Origin: Eledone cirrhosa
Taxonomy: Eukaryota
Direction: 5' to 3'
DNA: 64,000 nucleotides
Assembly: GCA_964016885.1 (NCBI GenBank)
Contig: OZ024745.1
Span: 113,956,001-114,020,000 of the forward strand
Under the pieces are notes generated by a model. That model ran no database searches. It was not told where the DNA came from and saw nothing but the letters and a program-made list of their open reading frames with translations. The translations under genes and the position numbers were made by a program. Of the stretch, positions 11,653 to 23,160 are shown piece by piece. Numbering within the stretch: the first letter of the stretch is position 1; each line of letters starts with the position of its first letter.

Positions 11653-13418
11653 TTCTTCTGGTTTTATAATTTCACAAAGTTTTACCAATAGAGAGAGAGT
11701 CGGTTTCTAACATAGACACAACCCTCTCTCATTGGAATTTACACAACATCAACTAGGTAGATATGTATGTATGCATGTATGTGTAGATATGGATGTTATT
11801 GTATGTGTGGATGTGTATGTTTTGAGTTGTATGTGTGCATGTGTATATGCTTTGTATCTGTACATGTGTATATGCAGTTATTAGATGCAAAATGTTTGGA
11901 ATGTTTTACATATTTTTACTGTTCCATTAATGGATTGTACTTGTAATTTCTTAACTAGTTGTGTTCTTTCTGTTCCTGTGAAGCCTAGCTTCTCAAGATT
12001 TGTATTGAGGCAGTTACTAACATATCCCAGTGCCCCAATAATCACAGGCATAAATCTGAAGGTGTAATCAGGGTGGAGTATCTGCAGATTTCTCATCAGT
12101 TCTGCATAAATATTCTCCTTTTCACTAATCTTTGATATTATATTGGCATCTGCTGGGTAGCTAATTTCCACTACTGTGCATGTTTTCTTCTCCCTGTCCC
12201 ATATCATAATATCTGGTCTGTTATGCCTGCATTTTATTGGGGTTTTTACTGGAACATTCATATTATGTACATGGATGTCTTCCACATTGTTGTAGCTTTT
12301 AATGTGTTTATTATCGGGGCTATCTTTTTTACGAACTGCATTGTACAGTGTTTTGGCCACTACATAGGTAGATAGTACCGCGATGACATCTTTGTACAGC
12401 TGCTGATGACATGGGTGATATCCTCGATGTTAGTTCTGCAGAGTCTGCACTTGTTATCACATCTAGGTGTTTTGCCTGCATCCCTATCTCTTTTGTGAAT
12501 CAGGTATTTCGTGCTAATCTCCTGTTTCTGGATTGCAAAACCGTATCCTACAAAGTGGGAGCCAATATAGCGGTTGTTGGTCCAAGATAGACTACTTTCC
12601 TTATCTATATTACTCTCACTCTGGAGCTTCCTGGCAACATATCTATGCACGATTTTTTGCTGATAGGCATGCAGTTTTTCATCCATGGATTCACTGCGAT
12701 ACTGCTGAGCGACATCCCTGGGTGTGAGTTTTTGATTATCACACAGGGAATATCTCTCAAGGAGTTCCTTCTGTATACATCTTATACATCAGGTTCTGGC
12801 ATGCAATGGGTCGGTAGTTTTTTGCTGTGGGTGTCTTTGTTCTTGGGGACCAGTAACGTTTGGTCTAATGTCAACCATTCTGGTATAAGTGTATCTCCCT
12901 TAAGAACTTGTTGGTAGAGGTCAGTAAGATACCTCCGATAGAATATTAGTTTTTTTGTACTAGTAGCCGAAAATCATGTCTCTTCCTGGTGTTTTCTTAC
13001 CTTGGAGTTTTCCTATCATAGTCTCAAGGGTACCCTCACTTATTTCGTATGTTTTTGTTGTAGTGTAGGAGCAATAGTTCTTTCGGATTTCTCTTAGCCG
13101 CACTGCACTTGGTTGAACTTTTCCTTTTCACCCCATATTTTTCTCCAAAAGGAATCTATGCCTTTCTGGGATGGGGCCTCAGTGACACTTATTATTTTGC
13201 CCTTCATATCTCTATAGACTGATGTTTGGTTTCGTCTGAATCTTTTATTAAGCACTTTTCTCTCATCTACCTTCTTCAGGTATCGGCGTTTTTCGCTAAC
13301 AGCTCTTAATTCTTGTTTGAGGGTGATCAGCTTATATTGGAGAGTTCTGGTTCTACTGTTACCAAACATCGTCTCTATTTTATTTTTCACTCTTTGTTGG
13401 TGAGGAGTGAGGTTTTTT
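11653..13418 (-). mobile_element. Dong/R4-clade non-LTR retrotransposon (RLE type), truncated with an internal RT deletion
   Basis: CCHC knuckle CRLCRTNIEDITHVISSC, followed by RH and PD-(D/E)xK nuclease motifs (HNRPDIMIWD…VVEISYP…K…Y…VIIGALG) in ORFs 12360-12686 and 11881-12360. Pre-RT motifs FWRKIWG and PEWLT…LVPK lie upstream. Both ends abut (CATA)n. Confidence 0.88.
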
Positions 13419-13900
13419 ATGTATGTATGTATGTATGTATGTATGTATGTATGTACATATGTATGTATACATGAATGTATGTATATGTGCATACGTGCAC
13501 GTATGCATGTATGTATATATGAATGTGTGTGCGTATATATGTATGTATGTATGTGTGCATACGTGCACGTATGCATGTATGTATATATGTATGTGTGCAT
13601 ACGTGCACGTATGCATGTATGTATATATGTATGTGTGTGCGTATATATGTATGTATGTATGTATGTATGTGTGCATACGTGCACGTATGCATGTATGGAT
13701 ATATGTATGTGTGTGCGTATATATGTATGTATGTATGTACGTCTGTATGTATGTATGTATGTATGTATGTGTGCATACGTGCAAGTATGCATGTATGTAT
13801 ATATGTATGTGTGTGCGTATGTATGTATGTATGTATGTATGTATGTATGTATGTATGTATGTATGTCTATGTATGTATGTCTATGTATGTATGTATAGGT
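13419..13900. repeat. (TATG)n-based minisatellite carrying a repeated 20-bp palindrome
   Basis: tgcatacgtgcacgtatgca recurs five times, one copy with a mismatch. Confidence 0.9.
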
Positions 13901-14597
13901 GTATCTCGGAACCAATAACGTTCAGAACACTCCCTGCAGTATTTATACGAATTTGTTCCCAAATTTCAGCATTGCAAATATTTGCTTCGTCGAAAAAAAA
14001 AAGAAGAAAGAAACCTCAGTAAATATATTATATATAGTATTTCAGAAGACAGCAAAATAGCATCCATCGTAAATGGCATATCATGCTCGATCTTCTAAAA
14101 AAAGACTAGTCAATTCTTATATAAGGAATGGCCAGGAAAAACCACTGTTTCCCAAAATAGCTTACGCGAAAATGTAGTTCTGCGAGATAATATGCATTTG
14201 AATAAAAGTTAAACGAAAATTACGTCATTTTATATAATTTTTTGTTTGTTTCATGTAATATTTTTATTAACCTTATTTTGATGGAGATTTTTGTAAAATA
14301 TATGTGTATGTTCCGCGATTTTTATAAAATATAGGAATATGTCTGGCAATTTTTGTAAAATATAGGTGTATGTTCAGCGATTGTTGTAACATTACGCAAG
14401 TGTTCTGAGAGAAGCGATATTACTAAAGAAATGCATTGATTTTATATGGAAATCTGCAGCCGTTACTATTGGTCTCCGACACACCAAGTAACTATAGTTA
14501 TAGCTTTTCGTGTTTAAATATATGTAAATAAAATATAGGTGTCACTACGACGGCTTAGTGTTTCCCACTTGAATTTGCTCTCTCACAGCTTTTTTAA

Positions 14598-14751
14598 TAA
14601 CTGTTTCTACATTTGGCACAAGGCCAGCAACATACCCAGTACATTACTGGTACTTTATTTTATCGACCTCATAAGAATAAAAGGGAAAGTTAACCTCGGC
14701 GGGATTTGAACTCAGGGTTGGCAAGGGGCGTAACTCTATGCACCAAAGCAT
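14598..14751 (-). mobile_element. tRNA-derived SINE (main family), 5'-truncated
   Basis: Minus strand has the B-box GAGTTCAAATCCC, the central domain aggtcgataaaataaagtaccag, and the tail gctggccttgtgcc. Confidence 0.85.
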
Positions 14752-15285
14752 AGAGTTTCACAGATTTCTTAATAACGAATGATTTTTAGCGAAATTTTAC
14801 GCTCGTAGATTAGAATTATATTTGTAGAATCATTTATTTTGTTGTTGTTTTTCTTTATTTTTAAACATGTTCTACTTCAGGAACTGATATTGTTTTCCTG
14901 TTGTTATGCCCAATAGGTTGTATAAGATAGCCAACAGATTCAAAGTATATTAAGTGTTTAAACTTATTGGCTTCTGTTTCAATTGAATGTAAGACAGCAA
15001 GTTATAAATGGATCGGATGAGTTGTCAATCCTCCAAGGCTTCAAGTGACTGGCACACGCACACACACTCATATATACTCTATATACACAGTATATATAGA
15101 TATCTATGTGTGTGTGTGTGTGTGTGTGTCATATTTATGTATATATATATTTACATTCATATATAAATATATAAATATATATAAAGGGAAAGTGAAAAGA
15201 GAGAGGAATGCATGTATGAAACTATATTTATCTACCTAAGCATCCATCTCTATCTCTGTATGCCCACAACTTTGAATACATATAT

Positions 15286-15340
<55 letters not shown>

Positions 15341-15348
15341 GACACACA

Positions 15349-15397
<49 letters not shown>

Positions 15398-15400
<3 letters not shown>

Positions 15401-15588
15401 AAAAAGTATAACCCCTACGGCAGAGCTCAAACCGTTTCGACGGGTATTTTCTGGACAGAAATAGCCGTCGAAACGGCTTGAGTTCTGCCGTCGGGGTCAT
15501 ACTTTTTCCTATTACCCACTCTATTACCTTAAGTATTGAGTACTGTGGTGCGTTATGGTCCATCTGGCTCCTTACCACAATTCGTTCG

Positions 15589-15589
<1 letters not shown>
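15398..15589. mobile_element. (TA)n-embedded fold-back element, family B, copy 3 (opposite orientation, diverged subfamily)
   Basis: Reverse complement of family B with an inverted short arm at about 15398-15456. Confidence 0.8.
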
Positions 15590-15630
<41 letters not shown>

Positions 15631-15668
15631 TTATTCAATAATTGTTCTCGGTATGGTGAATTAACTGT

Positions 15669-15717
<49 letters not shown>

Positions 15718-15718
<1 letters not shown>

Positions 15719-15769
15719 AATGAAAGGTATAGAAAACATTGTAGCGAAAAGCCAACAGTATTCCATAAT
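15718..15769. repeat. ~50-bp insert in (TA)n, family I
   Basis: aaatgaaaggtatagaaaacattgtagcgaaaagccaacagtattccataata; a similar copy lies at 38927-38978. Confidence 0.65.
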
Positions 15770-16296
15770 ATATAATATATAAGTGACTATAGAGTCAAAA
15801 TGGGAAAAATAGTTAACGTAAGATATGGGAAAAATAATTCAAACTCATCTCAAAGAGAATCAGGATATAGATTCATCCACAGAATTTAGTGAAATCCAGG
15901 GAAAAATCAATAGAGCCTTAACTCATGATAAAATAAAGTTTAAAATAATCATCCTTCAATTTGGAAAAACTTCAAATGCTCTGTATAGTCTTAAAGACTA
16001 TTTCACGAAAACTTTCAGTGGAGATGGTCACGGTTGGAATTCGATCCTCAGCAGAGCTCAACTCGATAACCAAGATTCTCACAGATTAATATGCCAAAAA
16101 GGGAATTTAAAACAGGCTAGTTCACCATCATGCGTGATTATGAAAAATAAAACGCACATGAGGAAAGACAGGGCTGGTGACGTCAGAATGAGACAAATGT
16201 TTGTTTACAAGAAACAACAGTAAAAAAACTTTCCGAAAAAAACTCTACAATAAGGAGTTCAGCAAAAAGCAAATTATCGCGGTTTTTATATATGTA

Positions 16297-16341
<45 letters not shown>

Positions 16342-16345
<4 letters not shown>

Positions 16346-16620
16346 TAAAAAAACGAAAAATCAGTGATGCATCAGGTAGCTCGAGACATAGTCCCTGTAT
16401 GGATCTGGCTGATTCTACGGCTGCAGGATACTTCAAACACGGGTAGACCAAGTCTCGAGCTACCTGCCGGCGAAACAATTGTAACACGCAATAAATTGAG
16501 TCCAGATGCATCACTGACTTTTCGTATTTTTAACCTATACACACTCTAATCTGTTGAATATTGAGTGTTAATTTTGGCATACCGCCTATGGAAGCACCAT
16601 AGCTACAATTATACACAAGT
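16342..16620 (+). mobile_element. (TA)n-embedded fold-back element, family G, with a hammerhead 3' half
   Basis: Stem caggtagctcgagac/gtctcgagctacctg, then ccggc-GAAA-CAATTG-TA-acacgc-AATAAA at 16472-16495. The segment 16342-16373 is an inverted copy of about 16505-16538. Confidence 0.6.
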
Positions 16621-16635
16621 ATATATATACATATA

Positions 16636-16721
<86 letters not shown>

Positions 16722-17384
16722 CTTTATGTTTATTAGAGTAAGTATAGTGGAGTAGAATTACAAGTAAGCAATTATTAAACGATCTATACATTTAAAACGA
16801 AAATATGTGATAAAAATGAAAATGTATATACGAATTCACACATGGAATATACATTTCTCATTAAAAGCTTTTAGAAATATTTTCCATTTAGCTAGCCGTT
16901 TAACATTTAAGATATATCTACTTTACATCTTTAAATAGAAATAACTGTTTCCTTCTTTATTTCTCCTGCTCTTTGTTTCATACCATTGTATGAAACTATT
17001 GATATATTGTCTCCACTATGTGTGTGATTGAGATACACAAACTTATACACACACAGACACACACACTCATATATATATATATATATAGTAATAATAATAA
17101 TATTAATAATAATAATAATAAAAATTATATATATATATGTGTGTGTGTTTGAATATAAATGTATATATGTATATGTCTCTGTGTGTGTACATATATGACT
17201 GTATGTGTGAGTGAGTAAAATATAAATTGAAAGGGGAGAATATTGAGAGAGAAAGAACGAATGAACATACGTCTGTATATTGAAAGTGTTTGAACTTAGT
17301 GAATGTTAAGCTGAATAATAAAGCTGTCAAAATATTCGTCGCTTCATTGGTATGGATACATAAACACGTATATTTATATATATG

Positions 17385-17427
<43 letters not shown>

Positions 17428-17526
17428 ATGTATGCAAGTATGTGAGAATATGCAATGTTAGTCTCAGAGGATTGAGAGTTGCACCAGCATGTTTGTTTCT
17501 ATTTCAAACTTGTGAAACCCACAGCA

Positions 17527-17619
<93 letters not shown>

Positions 17620-18168
17620 TTATTAAAAAAAAGCATCTTCAAATATACTCCTGTGCCTTTCCACGTTTACTTTGTATATATATTCTTCGTTTTTTTTTTC
17701 AACTATATATATATATATATACTAGCAGAATGTCCCGGCGTTGCTCGGGATTTGCTTTAGGGTTCTTATATATTTGATATATATTTATCCTTATCGAGCT
17801 TCGTGAAATAAATACGTTTGTCTATATTTTGTCATTGTGTATGCAAAAATATGTTTTGTTATTGTGTATGCAAAAATATCTGTACACGAATATATAATTA
17901 TATATATATATATATATATAATTATATATTCGTGTACAGATATTTTTGCATACACAATAACAAAATATAAACAAACGTATTTATTTCACGAAGCTCGATA
18001 AGGATAAATATATATTATAACACACGCACATTTTATTTGATTATCACATTTTATTTGATTATCTTATTTTGTTTTATTCTTTTACCATCTTGTTCCTCCT
18101 ACCACTTTATCCAACATCTTTCTAACTTTGAGATTATTTTATTTTGAGGTTATTTTATTTTATTTTTA

Positions 18169-18427
18169 TTTTTCATTTTTCATTTTTCATTTTTCATTTT
18201 TCATTTTTCATTTTTCATTTTTCATTTTTCATTTTTCATTTTTCATTTTTCATTTTTCATTTTTCATTTTTCATTTTTCATTTTTCATTTTTCATTTTTC
18301 ATTTTTCATTTTTCATTTTTCATTTTTCATTTTTCATTTTTCATTTTTCATTTTTCATTTTTCATTTTTCATTTTTCATTTTTCATTTTTCATTTTTCAT
18401 TTTTCATTTTTCATTTTTCATTTTTCA
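18169..18427. repeat. (TTTTTCA)n heptamer array, about 37 copies
   Basis: Directly visible; gives the FHFSFFI ORFs. Confidence 0.95.
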
Positions 18428-18549
18428 TTAATTTTTCATTTATTTTCTATTTATTATTTATTTTCTGTTTTCTTCATTTTATTGCCTTCTATTTCTTCAT
18501 ATGCATGGCACAGCCCCCACCAACCCACCCCACCCCACCACCACCACCG

Positions 18550-18903
18550 CGAGAACAACCATTACAGATTGCCTCGTCTCAGAACGAATTTCTATAGACT
18601 TTTGACTGAGGAATGTTCCCACAACTGACCAATGAAAGAAGATCTCCTTTGACGCTGAAATTCGTTTGTTTAAATTCATATGATTCCAGTTCCTCAGTGA
18701 AATAACAACCCAACCAGGAACTGGGCATATCAGAGTATTGACAAAGTTAAACACCTCAACAACATGTGTACTCGTCTCTACCACACTAATTTGGACTGCC
18801 TGAAGAGGTCACAGCCAAAGATGGCTGTCACCGAAATATATATAGCAGTAATAAACGAAGCCAAATTTTAAACATTTGACTTATTTATTTTAGTTTATTT
18901 TTT
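18550..18903 (+). mobile_element. Hammerhead-bearing element, family D, copy 2, located inside the Helitron
   Basis: Homologous to 6860-7078 from 18679 onward and ends in (TA)n. The 5' boundary is uncertain. Confidence 0.7.
18795..18849 (+). ncRNA. Type I hammerhead ribozyme
   Basis: ACUGC-CUGAAGA-GGUCACAGCC(aaagau)GGCUGUCACC-GAAA-UAUAUA-UA-GCAGU: perfect 5-bp stem I, 10-bp stem II with one mismatch, palindromic AUAUAUAU stem III, AUA site at 18844, and AATAAA immediately downstream. Confidence 0.85.
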
Positions 18904-20043
18904 ATATATATATATATATTAAAATAACGGATTAAAGTTTAAGCAAAGAATCACTGCTTTCACCATTAACTGGATCTTCTGAAACTAAAAAAATCGATCT
19001 GTGAATGCAGAAGTAAATATTTCGAAATGTGTTTGTGTATGCAAACATATCTGTCAGTGATGCATGTGATTATGTAATCGCCGGCCTTTTTTGTTTATAT
19101 TTTGTGTTTGTGTATGCAAAAATATCTGTACACAAATATCTATATTAAAATAACAGATTAAAGTTTAACCAAAGAATCGCTGCTTTCACCCTTAACGGGA
19201 TCTTCTGAAACTAAAAAGATCAATCTGTTAACGCCGATGTAAATATTTCGGAAAACATTGCAACCGAAGGAAAACAGGAAGACGATACTTTGGTTCGTGA
19301 AGACGTTCCCTGGCATAAGAATATATATATATATATACACACACTATATACGTATATACATATATACACCCACACACTGATCGCGTCATAATGACGTAAT
19401 GTAGACAGTCAGGCATACAGACAGATATTATAAGGGCACGACGTTATATCTATGTATCTATCTAAAGAGAGAGAGAGGGGGGTGAGAGAGGAGGAGAGAG
19501 ATCGCTAAATTGCCTAATGCGGTCCTAGGGCATTGAAAATTTGAAATTTGAAATTTTGTTTACTCAAAACACTCACAGGACCATAAGTATTACATGTGTA
19601 AAGTTTGAAAACAATCGGTTGGGTGGTTCTCGAGTTTTAGTGATCGGACAGACAGACAGACAGACAGGCAGACATTTTCTGTTTTAGATATATAGATATA
19701 TATGCGTGTGTGTGTGTGTGTGTGCGCGCGCATAAACACAAATACGTACACATTGATTCCTTGAACGAGATATATTTGATTCTAACTACTTCGCATGAAT
19801 TATAACATGAACTATACTTCCATCTGTTCAGAACAGATGGAAGTATAGTTCATTATCCTGGTGTCTTGATCGAGTGATCAAATGCATCCCATCCTTTTCT
19901 CTACCATTGATTACCTCTTTCTTGCCTTTTCTTATACGGCAAGGAGACTTTTTGAAATGAAGATTTTGATGGCCTTACTATTAGGAAAGTGACATTGAAA
20001 TCATAGAATTTGACTAATATTGATTTTTATATTTATTTTTCTT

Positions 20044-20918
20044 TGGCGATGGATTGGTAGAATCGGTAGGGCGTCGGATAAAAAAGTTTAGCGTCGGATA
20101 AAAAAGTTTATGGCCCTTTATGTTCTGAGTTCAAATCCCTTCGAGGTTAGCTTTGCCTTTCATCCTTACAGGGTCGACTAAATAAAGCACCAGTAACGTA
20201 CTGGGATCGATTTAATCGACTTTCCCTTCTCCCCAAATTACTGGCCTTGTGCCTATACTAGAAATCATTATCAAGGGCGGTGGATTGGCAATATCGGTAG
20301 AGGGTCGGACACCATGCTTTGACGTATAGAGTTACGGCCCTTGTCATTCTGAGTTCAAATCCCGCCAAGGTTAACTTTGCCTTTCATCCTTACGGGGTCG
20401 ATAAAATAAAGTACCAGTAATGCACTGGGTATGTGCTGGCCTTGTGCCAAAAGTAGAAACAATTATTAAGGGCGGTGGATTGGCAGTATCGTTAGAGGGT
20501 CGGACACAATGCTTTGACGTATAGAGTTACGGCCCTTGTCATTCTGAGTTCAAATCCCACCGAGGTTAACTTTGCCTTTCATCCTTACGGAGTCGATAAA
20601 ATAAAGTACCAGTCACGCACTGGGGTCAATTTAATTGACTTTCCCCTACCCCAAAATTGCTGGCCTTGTGCCTATATAAGAAACCATTATTTTTTTCTTT
20701 GGCGATGGATTGGTAGAATCGGTAGTGCGTCGGATAAAAAGCATAGAGTTATGGCCCTTTATGTTCTGGGTTCAAATCTCTCCGAGGTTAGCTTTGCCTT
20801 TCATCCCTACGGGATCGATAAAATAAAGCACCAGTAATGCACTGGGGTCGATTTAATCGTCGACTTTCCACCACCACCCCAAAATTGTTGGCTTTGTACC
20901 TATTGTAGTAATCATTAT
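20044..20918 (+). mobile_element. Head-to-tail array of four tRNA-derived SINEs
   Basis: Four copies with A-box-like heads (tggattggtagaatcggtag or tggattggca.tatcg.tag), B-box G.GTTCAAATC, the ttgcctttcatcc.tac.g.gtcgataaaataaag domain and a ggccttgtgcc-type tail. Copies start at about 20044, 20275, 20470 and 20700. Confidence 0.9.
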
Positions 20919-22074
20919 ATTTCCTGCGGAGGGGGATATACCCGAACCGTTACAGCCTCGGACGAAAGATATTGTGGTATTTGTTCTGGTACTTTCCTTC
21001 CTTGGATTAAATACCGATGAAATCTTTCGTTACTATTTCAATAAACTATAGTACCTGTAAAATACTGGTGTCAATATAATCGACTGTTTTTCTCCCGCAC
21101 TATTTCAGTATGTACATGCAAAAACACATGAATGTATCATCATGCTTGGAATCCCCATTTTTTTCTTCTATTTTTGTTTTCGTTATTCATGGACTTAGCG
21201 GGATTTGAACTCAGAACGTAACGGGCCATCACTCTATCCTGCAAAACATAATGTCCGACGCTCTACCGATACTGTTATGCCATAATAATAATAATAGTAA
21301 CAATCTACGAAAATTCAGGGAATTGATTTACTGTCGAACACTATCCGCTTCTCAAATATGTTTACAACAGAGGGAATGTTATCTACACACCCCCATCACT
21401 AGCTGAAGTTTTTCAATGAATTGGTCAATGTTCGGCCTTTGAGTTTCCTTTCAATCACGCCATCTGCTGTTTTTGAAGAGGAAGATTTCACTATCATTAA
21501 TTAACTTCGAAGCCACAAAAAAATGTATAAGCATAAAAAAATAACTGTATCAAAATGGTTGATTAATTTCCTGAGAATGTTTCCCCAGTACGCATTTTTT
21601 TTTTTCACACTTTTGGTTTGTTTGATTTTTCTCTCGTGTTATTTACATCAGATGTGACATCATATTCAATGCATAGTGACATTACCACAACTTAATTTGT
21701 GTATTTGCCATCAACTGGCAAATGGAAAAGTGCCTACTGTTTTTACAAAGCGATAAGTGGTTATCAGCGCAATATGTGTTTTCTTTTCGGTTCGTAACCC
21801 CTAACTCGAATTTATCGCCAGCATTTTTAACCTTGCAGTCGACATTATAAAGAAAACACACTGTGTGATTACCTGACTGTCTTATGCAACACGTGAAGAC
21901 TTCATCTGTACCGAACAACGGGAGATCACAACGGATATAAGAAGCCAGACCCGTCATTTAGAATGGAAAAAGAAAAGATGAGGCGATAGCCCATCTATAC
22001 CAGCTGCTCTGAACTCACTTTTCCACTCTTCGTTCACATTCAGTGTTTTTTTCGCTTCCTTTCCTTCTATCTAT

Positions 22075-22160
<86 letters not shown>

Positions 22161-22212
22161 CTATCTCTCTCTCTCTCTTTCTCCCTCTCTCTCCTCTTGC
22201 TCTCTCTCTCTA

Positions 22213-22246
<34 letters not shown>

Positions 22247-22269
22247 AATGTATAATTAGGAGACGAAGC

Positions 22270-22379
<110 letters not shown>

Positions 22380-22829
22380 GGTGGGGGGCTGCATCTGTGT
22401 ATGTGTATGTGTGTGTAGCTTTATAAATATTTATCTACCTATCTTATCTATTTATCTATCTGTTTGAAGTCAGTTTGAATTGTATATTTTTCTCGCTCTA
22501 AATATATGTACGTGTTTGTATGTATGTGGAGCACGTGTATCTATGTGTACGTGTATTTGTGGTTAGCTACATTCCTATCTTTCTATCTACCTATCTACCG
22601 CTCTCTCTCTCTTTCACCCTCTTTCTCTTTCTCTCTGTATTTCTATTCATCTATTTATTTCTCTGTATATCTGCTTCTCTCCTTTTCCTCCTCTCTATTT
22701 GTCTATCTATATCTATTTTATATATCTTATATATCCATCCATCTATACATTTATCTATTCATTCAAGTAACTGTTTACAGCTTTCATATTCTATTTCTAA
22801 AATCTCCATCCACCGACTATTTAATCAGC

Positions 22830-23160
22830 AATGGGCCGTAAATGACGTCACTAACATTCTCGAGGTTATGCTCACAGCCTGATCTCTGCACTCGTTCGAT
22901 GACAGTTCCCGTGATTTAGCTGACCCCGAGGTCATTCACAACTCAGTTACCAACGAGCACCTGCTGTGTCATCTACAATTGGAAGATACGTGTAATCATG
23001 CAGTGATTGAGCTAAGTTAAAACACACTGCGATGCACAGTGCTCACCCATTGAATTCCTGGATAGTATCAAACAAGTAAGAAATACACTGGAGAAATGCG
23101 AAGTGACGTCTTGTCGACGCTGTAAGTTACTGGGCGGCCGTTAATTAATTTCTCTGCACG
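22830..23160. promoter_or_regulatory. Candidate enhancer-like unique segment
   Basis: CRE TGACGTCA at 22843-22850, a TGACCC-cg-AGGTCA nuclear-receptor half-site pair at 22921-22934, a CACCTG E-box, and a second TGACGTC at 23104-23110, all in non-repetitive CpG-containing DNA. Confidence 0.2.

Larger units (their letters stand above)
17722..19696 (-). mobile_element. Non-autonomous Helitron (~2 kb)
   Basis: The minus strand starts TCTATATATCTAAAA… with a (CTGT)n tract and ends in the GC hairpin cccgagcaacgccggg, 8 nt, then CTAG. It is inserted between A and T with no TSD. Confidence 0.8.

Noticed and set aside
15825-16223. 132-aa non-repetitive ORF
   Set aside because: No recognisable motif or splice context; it is likely chance or decayed TE sequence in AT-rich DNA.
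18128-18628. Hydrophobic FHFSFFI-repeat membrane protein
   Set aside because: It is the translation of the (TTTTTCA)n array.
20044-20160. tRNA genes at SINE heads
   Set aside because: A and B boxes are present, but there is no complete cloverleaf and each head runs into the SINE body.
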